64,000 nt of DNA from a virus. The notes beneath the pieces were generated by a model that was given only the letters and a program-made list of their open reading frames with translations, did no database searches and had not been told where the DNA came from. The stretch is taken from IMG/VR virus record IMGVR_UViG_3300025892_000009; one strand, given 5' to 3'. The translations under genes and the position numbers were made by a program. Shown here piece after piece: positions 19,701 to 29,694 of the stretch (positions are counted from its first letter, which is position 1; every line of letters begins with the position of its first letter).

Positions 19701-19931
19701 TTATGTAAAACGACTCAGGTTTGCTGCAGGGTGTGCAGTTTGGACTTTAGACATTACTTCTTTAAATCCTTCGGACTGTTTAGGATCTCCATAGGTGGTG
19801 CCAGCGACACCAGCCATCCAATCTTTATCCCACTCAGGATTATCATCGCGCCATTGACCATACTCACGCATAGTCATTGAGAATTCTTTCTTCTCACCAG
19901 TCTCTTTATTTATTACGTTATATGTAGGCAT
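19701..19931 (-). CDS. Conserved T4-like small protein (MPTY.. FmdB-like)
   Basis: MPTYNVINKETGE..GFKEVMSKV pattern. Confidence 0.6.
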   Translation of the reverse strand: MPTYNVINKETGEKKEFSMTMREYGQWRDDNPEWDKDWMAGVAGTTYGDPKQSEGFKEVMSKVQTAHPAANLSRFT

Positions 19932-19939
19932 TAGTTCTA

Positions 19940-20668
19940 TTACTCAATCTTTAAACATGGTTGAATGTCATCTCTATATGTATCATTACATTCACAGTCC
20001 TCTGAGCACCAGTCTAGTGCCTTAGAGATGGTAGGAAACTGACATACGAAATGTTGCTTACACAATTCTGCGATCTCCATGTGCTCCTTCTGTGTGCCGT
20101 TAGCAGTCCTCAGAGTGATGTAATGCATCCATGAACGCAAATTTCCAGTCATGTAAATTTTTGTTGGCGTTGCCAAAGGAAGCACAAAACGAGCACATTC
20201 CTTTGCAATACCCTCACGGAGCAATTCATTATAAAGATCCATACCTTCAATAAAGTATTGATGGATCCGACCCTGCAAGAATTGCTTTTGCAATGGATCT
20301 ACATCATCGATACTATTCTGACGATTCTTAGTGTCCTGCGAGCGAAGATCTGGGACAGGAATTGCAGCACTAAGAAGGTTAGTGTCTGCATATCGTTGTG
20401 AAAATTCTTGAAATGTGAAACTCCTATGACGGAGCACTTGAGCTGCCAGACCACGAGTAGTATTAATTTCTAGTGTCATGTGTGCTTGCTCAAAAATGCT
20501 CCAATGACCATGCTTGATGCAATACTTAAGAAGACCTTCCACTTTAGGATTGTCTTGATTGTTTGGGTTACTTACGCGAGCGATGTAACCAATAGTTTTT
20601 TCTGCATCAGGAGTGACTGATAACAAACAAACTTTAGCTGATGATACTTCAGGATTTAATTCAGTCAT
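19940..20668 (-). CDS. thyX: Flavin-dependent thymidylate synthase
   Basis: HGHWSIFE; QVLRHRSFTFQEFSQRY; start placed at MTELNP. Confidence 0.95.
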   Translation of the reverse strand: MTELNPEVSSAKVCLLSVTPDAEKTIGYIARVSNPNNQDNPKVEGLLKYCIKHGHWSIFEQAHMTLEINTTRGLAAQVLRHRSFTFQEFSQRYADTNLLSAAIPVPDLRSQDTKNRQNSIDDVDPLQKQFLQGRIHQYFIEGMDLYNELLREGIAKECARFVLPLATPTKIYMTGNLRSWMHYITLRTANGTQKEHMEIAELCKQHFVCQFPTISKALDWCSEDCECNDTYRDDIQPCLKIE

Positions 20669-20948
20669 GCTTAAATAAAATTTTAGTGATTGCATACAGT
20701 GCCGCTGCTTGGAAGTATCCAATCGCAGCAATACCAAAGATAGATGGCACTACCCAATTCCACAGTAACATAAGGAGAGCAGGAATGACAATCAATCCTG
20801 CAATATTACCCACAATGTATGCACCAGTGGCGACATTTTCTGCCCTTTCCGTTGCTTCTTTCTCTTCTTTTTGATCGGTAATAATTGTTTCCATTTTTTG
20901 CTCCCATGCTTTTTTCACATCGAAGTAAACGTCACTATCTCCTTTCAT
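20661..20948 (-). CDS. Membrane hypothetical protein
   Basis: Two predicted C-terminal transmembrane helices. Confidence 0.65.
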   Translation of the reverse strand: MKGDSDVYFDVKKAWEQKMETIITDQKEEKEATERAENVATGAYIVGNIAGLIVIPALLMLLWNWVVPSIFGIAAIGYFQAAALYAITKILFKHD

Positions 20949-21249
20949 TTTTCTTCTTTGACTCTCGGTTGATTTCTTCTTCTGACTTCCATAGTTTAGG
21001 ATTGCGAGTGCCCTCCGTATACTCTAGTTTCGTCAAGACATTTCCAAGTATATCATAGTATGCATTGAAAATGTCCACACTTAAACCCGATACAATATCA
21101 TGCCAGGTTTCTTCACCCTTAACTAAGGTAAGAAGATAGCAATTGTTAGGTAAAGACTTATCTTTAGCGTCTTCAGGTGTACAATTGGTTTTAAGTATCT
21201 TAATACCATAAGCATTAATAGATGCTACCTGTTGATCATTGAGTGTCAA
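20935..21249 (-). CDS. Conserved hypothetical protein
   Basis: Tiled ORF; GTRNPKLW motif. Confidence 0.65.
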   Translation of the reverse strand: MTLNDQQVASINAYGIKILKTNCTPEDAKDKSLPNNCYLLTLVKGEETWHDIVSGLSVDIFNAYYDILGNVLTKLEYTEGTRNPKLWKSEEEINRESKKKNERR

Positions 21250-21683
21250 GATCTATTACCCCACTCAATGCTCGGGAATGCTTCTTTAACTACTGCAAGA
21301 GTAACCCGATACTTCTTATGCAATGTTTTATTTACTGCTTTGACTAGGACTTCTGCTTCAGATTCATGAAGTCCTTCTAGCATTTGAAGAAACATATTCT
21401 CAATCTTCATGTTTGAGAGAGTATCATCTCCACCCTTAAAGAATCGATACAACTTCTTAGTCTCTTGCTCCAGGATAGTGTGCTCTGTGCCCATAGGAGC
21501 GTCGTTAGGGCGATATGGGACATCTTCACCTAGAGGGACGCGAGCAACGATAGAGTCGTCGAAATTAATGATTAAGATAGATCGCAATGCAGGAGAGTTA
21601 TTCTCCTTCAATACTGCAATCTTTGCTGCTTTAGTCTTGGCGCTGTGTGCTTTCTGCAACACCTCAGAAATTAATAGTTTCAT
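21246..21683 (-). CDS. Conserved T4-like hypothetical protein
   Basis: LISEVLQK..LYRFFKGG..FLQMLEGLH..EAEVL. Confidence 0.75.
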   Translation of the reverse strand: MKLLISEVLQKAHSAKTKAAKIAVLKENNSPALRSILIINFDDSIVARVPLGEDVPYRPNDAPMGTEHTILEQETKKLYRFFKGGDDTLSNMKIENMFLQMLEGLHESEAEVLVKAVNKTLHKKYRVTLAVVKEAFPSIEWGNRS

Positions 21684-21684
21684 G

Positions 21685-22563
21685 TTAAAACTCAGTAATG
21701 TGATCTAGCATTTCATTCAACGCATGTTTCATGAAATAGGGATACATTTTCCCTCGCACAGGAGGGTGTGTATTCTCAAACGTATTTATGATATCGGTCT
21801 GTACCTCCTTTGGAATGTATTCAAAGTCAATTAGTTTGACGTTACGCTTATAGTTTTTATGTGTAGTCTCATCAGTAAACTCATCTGGATCCTGCTCAAT
21901 CCATAGTGCAAGTTTGACCTTGGACATTGGACGTTGGCGGACACCTACAATGAATACATCATCGGCAGATAAGAAGTTAGGAATACCATCAGAGCGATCA
22001 CCTTTAAGGATGTGCTCAAGAAGATACTGCTTGGGATCGTCACACTGAATAAACTTTTTTAGCACAGGATTGTACTGACTGACAAATCGATACTTCTGCA
22101 GTTGTTGAAAGTCTTTATCTCCACTGAGAATAAGGACTTTCTTTGCAGGTTGTTTATCATTTTGCAGTCTGATATTAACTGCCCCTTGCTCCTTTACTAA
22201 GGTGGCAATGATATCATCTGCTTCTGCACCATCAACTTCCACAACTTTGTATGGGAGAAACTCACGAATCTCATCACGAATCTTGTTAAGGACTTCAAAG
22301 ATAGCACTCCAGTCTAGTTTAGACTTCTCTCGATCTCTCTTCCGAGTGCCTTTGTAGTAAGGAAACTCTTTACGTCTCCAGTAATGCTTACTGTCATAAC
22401 AAAGGACTAACTCACCATAGTCTTGATAAAACTTTTTGCGATAAAACCGCAAAGAGTTTAAAACCATGTGGCGAACTAGTCCTTCATCAACTTGTGTGTT
22501 TGTACTGGTCAAGGAAACCATCAAGTTGCTGATGCAAACTTGATTCATGTCAACAAGGATCAT
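21685..22563 (-). CDS. rnh: T4-type RNase H (5'-3' exonuclease)
   Basis: MILVDMNQV..YKGTR..EADDIIA..SGDKDF.QL..GDRSDGIPN. Confidence 0.95.
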   Translation of the reverse strand: MILVDMNQVCISNLMVSLTSTNTQVDEGLVRHMVLNSLRFYRKKFYQDYGELVLCYDSKHYWRRKEFPYYKGTRKRDREKSKLDWSAIFEVLNKIRDEIREFLPYKVVEVDGAEADDIIATLVKEQGAVNIRLQNDKQPAKKVLILSGDKDFQQLQKYRFVSQYNPVLKKFIQCDDPKQYLLEHILKGDRSDGIPNFLSADDVFIVGVRQRPMSKVKLALWIEQDPDEFTDETTHKNYKRNVKLIDFEYIPKEVQTDIINTFENTHPPVRGKMYPYFMKHALNEMLDHITEF

Positions 22564-22569
22564 CTCACC

Positions 22570-22809
22570 TCAGTCATCTTCATCATCAAGTATATCATCA
22601 TCGTCGTTGGTTCGCAAGTAAAGCAATTCTGAAGCGTCCACCATCTCACCATCAATCATCATTTCTGGATGCATAACTACTGCTGCGTATTCTGCTCTTG
22701 CTTTCCACTCATCCCAGATCCCCCTGAAATTCCATGCAACGATGGAACCAAGAAGAAAAGATCCTAGAGTGAGAAAGAAAGCAAGGTAAAGAAAACTTAG
22801 GTCTGCCAT
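22570..22809 (-). CDS. Membrane-anchored hypothetical protein
   Basis: N-terminal transmembrane helix; HPEM motif; acidic tail. Confidence 0.65.
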   Translation of the reverse strand: MADLSFLYLAFFLTLGSFLLGSIVAWNFRGIWDEWKARAEYAAVVMHPEMMIDGEMVDASELLYLRTNDDDDILDDEDD

Positions 22810-22830
22810 GAAGCCCCTCTCTTACAATAA

Positions 22831-23190
22831 CTATTTAGTGACGCTTTTCTTTTTCCTACCAGGCTTACGGTCAGCATAGTACCTCCAAGCATCGTCCAAC
22901 ATTGCATAAAGATAGTCTTTAATTTTCCTTGCTTTAGGTTTGGGGATATGACCATATGCTTCACGAAGTTGCTTATCACCACCTTTAATATAAGCATCCA
23001 ACTCTTCAACTAGGTTGCTAAGTTGAGCTGCTGAAGCGGATTCAATAAATTCATTGGTATCCCGACGTGTCCATTTGCCAAGTCTCAGATAGTCATACAT
23101 CTTAAACATGAATCTATTGTTGAGCATTGCTTCATCAATAGCTCTGTCTATAATTGTGTACAACTCAGTGGTGTTACTATCTCGATTCAT
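22831..23190 (-). CDS. Conserved cyanophage hypothetical protein
   Basis: LREAYGHIPKPKARKI motif. Confidence 0.7.
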   Translation of the reverse strand: MNRDSNTTELYTIIDRAIDEAMLNNRFMFKMYDYLRLGKWTRRDTNEFIESASAAQLSNLVEELDAYIKGGDKQLREAYGHIPKPKARKIKDYLYAMLDDAWRYYADRKPGRKKKSVTK

Positions 23191-23435
23191 CAGAGTAGGT
23201 TTTGCTCCCTCAAATACTTAACTGCGTCCGTGCATCCTCCGATCTTCTGCCCACCCACAATAACTTGAGGGAAGGTAGATCCTTGACCAAATTCTTTATA
23301 GAATTGCTCACGGGTGAAGTTTACTCCTAGACTATACTCAGCATAGTCCCAATTCTTAGATTTGTAAACCTCTTTAATTTTAGTGCAGAAGGGACACCCT
23401 TCTCGCGTATAAATTGCTGTGCGTTTTGGAGACAT
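23190..23435 (-). CDS. nrdC: Glutaredoxin NrdC
   Basis: CPFC active site; TFPQV; IGGCTD. Confidence 0.9.
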   Translation of the reverse strand: MSPKRTAIYTREGCPFCTKIKEVYKSKNWDYAEYSLGVNFTREQFYKEFGQGSTFPQVIVGGQKIGGCTDAVKYLREQNLL

Positions 23436-23448
23436 AATTATAATATGT

Positions 23449-23473
23449 AAAAGAAAAGGGACCCGAAGGTCCC
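23449..23473 (-). terminator. Intrinsic terminator
   Basis: GGGACC-TTCG-GGTCCC followed by a U-rich tract on the minus strand. Confidence 0.85.
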
Positions 23474-23504
23474 AAAGACAATCAGATTCCGTCTAAATTA
23501 TATA

Positions 23505-23876
23505 TCAGAAGGAATACTTCACACCCAACTTAGCACCGTATCCACGGTCAAGATCCTCATCGCCACTACCCACGAAGGAGACTTCACCATAGGCACCCAG
23601 AGCATCGGTCAAACCAATACCAACGCCTGCCTTACCAGAAGGAACGGTATCGGTCTCGCCGCCGTCAGGAGACACCAGGGTAGCGCCGCCTTGGACGTAG
23701 TAAGAAGCACTCTCACCAAGAGCACCTTCATACCCCAGGTGAAGGTCCGTTGCGGTTCCGTTGTACTCGGATCCCGTCCAACCAGAATTTGCTTCCACGT
23801 TGACGTAGGGACCAGCGAAAGCGGCACCAGCAGAGACAGAAAGGGCAGCGGTTGCTGCAAATACAGATTTGATCAT
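23505..23876 (-). CDS. Small outer-membrane beta-barrel-like protein
   Basis: Signal peptide (AFA/GPY), alternating beta-strand pattern, C-terminal GVKYSF (BamA-type signal). Confidence 0.65.
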   Translation of the reverse strand: MIKSVFAATAALSVSAGAAFAGPYVNVEANSGWTGSEYNGTATDLHLGYEGALGESASYYVQGGATLVSPDGGETDTVPSGKAGVGIGLTDALGAYGEVSFVGSGDEDLDRGYGAKLGVKYSF

Positions 23877-24005
23877 TTTTATTTAAAAGTTTGTTTACTT
23901 GTGGAGTTTAACCCACAGATGATAGAAGACTCGACTTGTCTTCGTTTGTTAAGAAGCGTAACTTTGTCACGCCTCGTATATATAATACCACAACCTTGAA
24001 ATTTG

Positions 24006-24656
24006 TCAAGCTTGTGACAGTTGCTCGAAGTCTTTCTCAAAAATAGCAAGACCAGCATCGGTAAGGATGTGATCATACATTTTATCAAAAACATTTGGTG
24101 GCAACGTGACTACACTAGCACCATACATCAAGCAACGCGAGACGTGGTGGACATCTCTCAAACTGGCAGCAAGGATCTTAGTGCGAACACCATGAGCACA
24201 ATACAGACCAGAGATAGCACGGACCAACTCAACACCACTGAATGAGTTGTCATTCAAACGACCCACAAATGGTGAGATGTATGTGGCACCTGCCTTTGCT
24301 GCCATGACTGCCTGAGCGGCGCTGAAACACAGAGTAACGTTGGTCTCTACACCTTGAGCAGTGAGCTCTTTACATGCCTTCAGACCCTCTACAGTGAGGG
24401 GCAGTTTGATCGTAACGTTGTCAGCAATATCACGATACTTAATAGCATTGGTAAGCATCTCAAAGCAAGACTCACCTTCTACTTCAGCAGAGATACTTTC
24501 AAAAGCAAAGTTAGTTGCTAGTGTTTTGATAAACTCCACGTAGTCTACACCAGACTTACGAACTAGTGTAGGATTTGTAGTGATGCCATCAACTAGACCA
24601 GTCGTATAGCGTTGAGCAATTGCTTCATAGTCAGCAGTGTCTAGGAAGATTTTCAT
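24006..24656 (-). CDS. talC: Transaldolase TalC
   Basis: KIFLDTA..GITTNPTL..IKLP..TNVTLCFS..YISPFVGR. Confidence 0.95.
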   Translation of the reverse strand: MKIFLDTADYEAIAQRYTTGLVDGITTNPTLVRKSGVDYVEFIKTLATNFAFESISAEVEGESCFEMLTNAIKYRDIADNVTIKLPLTVEGLKACKELTAQGVETNVTLCFSAAQAVMAAKAGATYISPFVGRLNDNSFSGVELVRAISGLYCAHGVRTKILAASLRDVHHVSRCLMYGASVVTLPPNVFDKMYDHILTDAGLAIFEKDFEQLSQA

Positions 24657-24859
24657 ATTTTGTCTAGGACCTCTAGTTTAACAAAGACTTCCTGCAAATT
24701 ATAATGCACCTTGTAAGATTCTGTCAACACATAATATCCGATAATTTTAGATCCATCACATGACCACCCATACCCCTTGACGGCTTCGTCATTGCCATCT
24801 ATATGGAATTTCTTACTTCCTAATAGGTAGTCATGGTAACGCTGATCCAGGTTGATCAT
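24653..24859 (-). CDS. Hypothetical protein
   Basis: Tiled ORF. Confidence 0.6.
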   Translation of the reverse strand: MINLDQRYHDYLLGSKKFHIDGNDEAVKGYGWSCDGSKIIGYYVLTESYKVHYNLQEVFVKLEVLDKI

Positions 24860-25220
24860 CGGTGGAGTCCTCTGTGTCTTTAGATATCATATCACGGATT
24901 GAAGACATATCTTCTTCCGTAAGATTATCTATAGACTCAGATTCCTCAACTCTAGGGTCTGTAATAAGACCTTTTATATCATCAGTCAGATGATCCTGAG
25001 GTCTCCAAGCCTCACCTTTAACTTGATAGTCTAGGTTTTGAATAGCGGCAAGGTTACTACTCCAATACTTCTTCATCTTCTTCATCATCTTTGCACGACC
25101 TTTGGGATCATTAGGATGATCATTGATGACCTTACGAAGCATACGCAATTCACGAACTGATTTATCTAGTGCCCTCTCCGCTGCAGAGTCACTCTTTTTG
25201 TATGTTCCAAATCCTGCCAT
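24831..25220 (-). CDS. Hypothetical protein
   Basis: Tiled ORF downstream of the large structural gene. Confidence 0.65.
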   Translation of the reverse strand: MAGFGTYKKSDSAAERALDKSVRELRMLRKVINDHPNDPKGRAKMMKKMKKYWSSNLAAIQNLDYQVKGEAWRPQDHLTDDIKGLITDPRVEESESIDNLTEEDMSSIRDMISKDTEDSTDDQPGSALP

Positions 25221-25221
25221 G

Positions 25222-28200
25222 TTAACTAACTCCAGTAACGATAATTTTAAACCTCAACCTATCTCTGTTTCTATCAGAGCAGAAATACCAAATAGGTGAT
25301 GACCTATTGTGAGACTCCTGATAAACCATTTCCTTAGCAACCCTTCTCACAGTTTTAGTATTCTCATACCAATTGATTATTTTCTTTTTGGGCAACTGGT
25401 TTCGGGCAATAGAATCATTCGGGTAGTAGGGTGTGATTGCAGAGTTTTCATAGTCACTATCCCTTTCGGGTGGCCACATTAAATCAAACTCCATTCTTTC
25501 TTGGTATCCAAATCCAGGAGCAATAACATCAATAACATGAATCATTGCTTGCCAGAAGTATGTAGTCCTAGTCCTAGCGTTAGATCCTGGTATCCTAGTT
25601 GGATAGAATGTGATACCAACTCTAATTTTTGCTGCTGCTGTTACATTAGACGCACCACTCAATGCTTTACCATCCAAGACATAATCGTGAATAAATGTGC
25701 AAGGTGAGAAATAATTATCAGATGCAGGTCCATTTCTCCATTGACTATTAATGGCATTGAGATAACCCAACCCATCAGAAGCACCAGAAGATCCAAACTC
25801 ATACCACGGCACCATCCTATTGGCATAGGCTGTAGGTATAGTTTGCTCAAGTCCAGCTGACATTAGAGATGAAGATACACCCTCCATCCTAGTGACCAGA
25901 TAACTCTCAAGCAATTTATTATAGCATCCAGTATTCTTTCTGTAAATATGAGTGTTTGCCCTCTCATATACACTTAGATTATTTTCAACATATCCAGTAT
26001 CAATATACCCACCAGGGAGATCTGGCATGAATCTATTATCATCAGTTCTAGGATGATTCCCCATGATAGTAGGACTTGCTTCCAAACTACCCCCCATTGG
26101 TATCACTGTAGAGTTTGCCCAAACCTCAGTGAAATTAAAATCATATCCATCATCATTTCGATAATATGAATCGCCATATTGAGACCCTGATCTCCACACT
26201 TCAGGTCTTTGATTGTATGGATTGAAGCACATACCCATACCAGTAATAGCACCACCAGTGTTATCAGCAATTGGATTTGCCCATGGCATTCCAGTTGAAG
26301 TCGATGCAATTTTATCATCTGATGATACAGTGGATAAATTTAAACTCCACATGTGATCATAACTACCCGCAGCAACATTATACAAAGCGAGTGTGGGGGA
26401 GACTGTACCTATATGTGGACCATTTTGAATGTTTACTAATTCAAATTGTAAGGTATCTCCAGCAGACAAACTAACTTCAGTGCTAGTAATACTATCCCCA
26501 ATGACAGGCCAATGTGCTGCTTCCCATGATTTCTCATAGAAGGTAATATTATTTTTCTTAAACCTAAATTTAAACTTCATACAACTGGCATCCAATCCAC
26601 CAGTAATACCACCCATAGAAACAATCCTATAAGTGACAGAGTTCTTCGCGCTAATACTTTGGTTTTGATTTAACTTAACTGCATAACTTCCTGTGCATCG
26701 AGCACACTCCCAGTCAGTATCATTACCAGGGAGAACTGTAGGAACATTTGTGCCACAACCAGTCCTAGCAAGAGTTACATCTTTGAATGATTTTTCAAGT
26801 CCTCTATTGTCACAAGTGGATGGCTCAATAATTTTATAAATTGGAAGCGGTTTGTCTTGATCATAGACAAAACATTGCTTACCTTCAAGGTAGTATCCAT
26901 TGTCTTCCCACTGCACTAGGTGCCAGAATTTCAAGTCATCATAATCATCATCACCATTGATAAGATCCTCCCACATTTGTCTGTTTCTACCTTTCCACTT
27001 AGTAAAATCTTTATCGCCAGGATTCCACTGCCTATCAGAGAAGAGACAATAGTTACCTTCTGCAGTGTTGATCCCGTCCGCACGGAATCCATCACTCTGA
27101 CTACTGAAACTAATCTGCTGTCCTGCACTTAAACTATTTCGATCTCCACCATCAGGGATCAAGGCAAACCCCATCGACCCACCATTATAATCGTTTAGCA
27201 TCGACTTAGTAATAGTGACCCTGTTAATATTGGATCCATTTTGAGCAGAAGGTACAAGAATAACTCCTATATCAGGACCATTTTCATCTGCCATATAATA
27301 TGCCAAGGCATTATCATAACCTGCACTACCTTTCTCAGTATCCATAGTGATCATGAGATTAGCAAAAACTTCTGTCTTAGGAATACGATATGCATTCCTA
27401 CCCAGTTTTTGTTGAGGTTGATCCCATAACATCTCAGGATCCATTGTATAGAAATGATTACTACCATTATAATATCTCCACAATGCCTCTGCTTTCTCAC
27501 CATCACCCATGTATGAGATCATCTCACTTGCCGCTTGGAAAACATATCCAATAACTTCTTGAAACACCATACCATTTGAATTCATGGCATTTCTTTCACC
27601 TGCCCCTGGACTATCAGGTAAACCAGGATTAGTTGTTAAGAAACCATCTCCAGATGAATTTATATAATAAAACAATGGTGTGGTGATTGGGTTGTCATCA
27701 ATATCACCAACAGGATCTCTACTCACATAGAATGCAGGCTCTGTTCCATTGTTAGTCTTACTATAAGTATGCTTTCCACCACTATAAGTTTGATAGATTG
27801 CTTGTCTAGGGGGGAAGCAATTCTTTACACATACTCTATCTCTATTGGCACTCCAATTGTTTGGGTAATATGCATCACAACTCTGCTTAGGTGGGGTCCA
27901 ACGTCCACCAACATAAGGTTTAAAGTAACAGTCTAGAGTATTTCTAACACAACGCTCCCAAGCAAGATCTTGCTCTCTATTATTACCTTTACAAAATAGG
28001 ATCGTACCATCGTTTCTATTTCTCCATTTATTATTGCCAAGATATTCAACTTGATTTCTTACCTTAAGTTTGAATACCTCATTGCAATCAAAATCTTCGG
28101 GGGGAGGGTCGCCAATACTTACATAGCTGGTTTGATCGCCAACGTAAGGAGTTTTAATAATAAGTCTACCACCATCCCAAGGGAGATCTGGAATAATGTC

Positions 28201-28617
28201 TGTTATCCAATCGAAGAAAGGCAAATTAATTTCGATAGATTCATCATCAACCTCAGGTATATCAAATGGTTGTTGCAATGGTGGTAGACCAGGATAACAT
28301 CTACCAACCAAGTCTTGAATAACTTGTGCAGGTGTAGGTGTTATCTCTGGAGGATCAACTACAGGAGGAATTCTTGGATTCTGACCATCCAATGGATTAG
28401 GTATGTTGACAGGTGTACCTGCATAGCACCTTCCAACTAATGTAGCAATGACCTCTGGAGGAGTTGGAGTTGATGTAGGTCCTGAGGATGCATCTCCCAA
28501 TCCTAGAGATGCTGACGCTGGATTACTACCATCAAGTGCGTTAGGTACTAGATATGTGCTACTGCTACCGACAATGTAACATCTATCAACGATATTTCTA
28601 ATATCTTCTGCTGCCAT
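25222..28617 (-). CDS. Large putative virion structural protein with DUF4114-like segment
   Basis: 1131 aa; N-terminal GRCY/Pro-rich repeats; WEDLINGDDDYDDL motif; ATAAATA late promoter near 28642. Confidence 0.6.
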   Translation of the reverse strand: MAAEDIRNIVDRCYIVGSSSTYLVPNALDGSNPASASLGLGDASSGPTSTPTPPEVIATLVGRCYAGTPVNIPNPLDGQNPRIPPVVDPPEITPTPAQVIQDLVGRCYPGLPPLQQPFDIPEVDDESIEINLPFFDWITDIIPDLPWDGGRLIIKTPYVGDQTSYVSIGDPPPEDFDCNEVFKLKVRNQVEYLGNNKWRNRNDGTILFCKGNNREQDLAWERCVRNTLDCYFKPYVGGRWTPPKQSCDAYYPNNWSANRDRVCVKNCFPPRQAIYQTYSGGKHTYSKTNNGTEPAFYVSRDPVGDIDDNPITTPLFYYINSSGDGFLTTNPGLPDSPGAGERNAMNSNGMVFQEVIGYVFQAASEMISYMGDGEKAEALWRYYNGSNHFYTMDPEMLWDQPQQKLGRNAYRIPKTEVFANLMITMDTEKGSAGYDNALAYYMADENGPDIGVILVPSAQNGSNINRVTITKSMLNDYNGGSMGFALIPDGGDRNSLSAGQQISFSSQSDGFRADGINTAEGNYCLFSDRQWNPGDKDFTKWKGRNRQMWEDLINGDDDYDDLKFWHLVQWEDNGYYLEGKQCFVYDQDKPLPIYKIIEPSTCDNRGLEKSFKDVTLARTGCGTNVPTVLPGNDTDWECARCTGSYAVKLNQNQSISAKNSVTYRIVSMGGITGGLDASCMKFKFRFKKNNITFYEKSWEAAHWPVIGDSITSTEVSLSAGDTLQFELVNIQNGPHIGTVSPTLALYNVAAGSYDHMWSLNLSTVSSDDKIASTSTGMPWANPIADNTGGAITGMGMCFNPYNQRPEVWRSGSQYGDSYYRNDDGYDFNFTEVWANSTVIPMGGSLEASPTIMGNHPRTDDNRFMPDLPGGYIDTGYVENNLSVYERANTHIYRKNTGCYNKLLESYLVTRMEGVSSSLMSAGLEQTIPTAYANRMVPWYEFGSSGASDGLGYLNAINSQWRNGPASDNYFSPCTFIHDYVLDGKALSGASNVTAAAKIRVGITFYPTRIPGSNARTRTTYFWQAMIHVIDVIAPGFGYQERMEFDLMWPPERDSDYENSAITPYYPNDSIARNQLPKKKIINWYENTKTVRRVAKEMVYQESHNRSSPIWYFCSDRNRDRLRFKIIVTGVS

Positions 28618-28643
28618 TATCTAACTACTGCCTTTGAATATAT

Positions 28644-28916
28644 TTATCCAACGATTTCACCTCTGGCAATTTTTTCACGACGGTCTAGTTTCCATACTAT
28701 GTAATCCATTGTTGGGATACACATAGGATTCCAACCAACAAAAGATGTTGACTCTCCACTTGGTATCTTCCAACAGGGAGCATCATCATTTTCAAGGTCT
28801 AATGATTTACGATACTCCTCCTCACCAAACATAACAACTGCTCTCTCAGCAGCATTCAAACTCTTGAAGCAATCAAAAGAATTCTTTCTAATGATGTCAG
28901 GGATGTGGTGTTTCAT
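28644..28916 (-). CDS. Conserved cyanophage hypothetical protein
   Basis: GWNPMCIPTMDYIVWKL motif. Confidence 0.65.
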   Translation of the reverse strand: MKHHIPDIIRKNSFDCFKSLNAAERAVVMFGEEEYRKSLDLENDDAPCWKIPSGESTSFVGWNPMCIPTMDYIVWKLDRREKIARGEIVG

Positions 28917-29611
28917 TGGACTGCTAATGGTTGCAGTCTATCTAGAATCTCACGATAGGCAGGTACAATATCTCCTTCATCCTTTCTGAATAGATCCTTA
29001 TCGAATCTTTCGTTACTACCAATCTTCCATAGTCTCATACTGTCAGGACTAATCTCATCGGCAAGATACAAATCACCATGAGCATCATAACCATACTCAA
29101 CTTTAAAATCTACAAGGTCAATGCCCATGATATAAAACATCTGACGAAGGTAATCATTGATCCGTAGTGTCATCTCAATGAGAGGATCAGGATCATATCC
29201 CATTAGTTTCACACGATCCGTTGTGAGCAGAGGGTCATGCTTGCTATCATCCTTCAGGAAAAACTCAACAATAGGATGTGGTAGTGAGTAACCTTCTTGG
29301 AGAGTTGTCTCACGAACAATAGATCCAGCAGCACGATTCCTACAGATGACTTCCAAAGGAACGATGTCTACCTTCTTACAAATCATCTTGTTAGCACCAA
29401 CCATATTAATATAATGAGTTGGGATGTGCTCTTTGGCAAGTTTCTCAAAGATAATAGATGAGATACTACAGCAGAGGGATCCTTTTCCTAAAGGATGATC
29501 AACCATCTCACCATTACCAGCAGTCACCTTATCATGATACTCAATGATGACACGATCAGCGTCGTCACCTTGGTATACAGTCTTGACCTTGCCTTCTATA
29601 ATTACTTCCAT
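28913..29611 (-). CDS. purC: SAICAR synthase
   Basis: EGKVKTVY..PLEVICRN.AAGS..LVDFKVEYG..LADEISPDSMRLW..DKD.FR. Confidence 0.95.
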   Translation of the reverse strand: MEVIIEGKVKTVYQGDDADRVIIEYHDKVTAGNGEMVDHPLGKGSLCCSISSIIFEKLAKEHIPTHYINMVGANKMICKKVDIVPLEVICRNRAAGSIVRETTLQEGYSLPHPIVEFFLKDDSKHDPLLTTDRVKLMGYDPDPLIEMTLRINDYLRQMFYIMGIDLVDFKVEYGYDAHGDLYLADEISPDSMRLWKIGSNERFDKDLFRKDEGDIVPAYREILDRLQPLAVQ

Positions 29612-29694
29612 AAAAAAGAGGGTGTTTAACCCTCAAAGTATAGCACACTCTACTGGATTTGGCCAGTGAGTTTTAGCGGCGACGATATTATTAT

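Noticed and set aside
23959-23972. GTAACTTTGTCAC as an NtcA site
   Set aside because: Spacing is N7 rather than GTA-N8-TAC, and one half-site is imperfect
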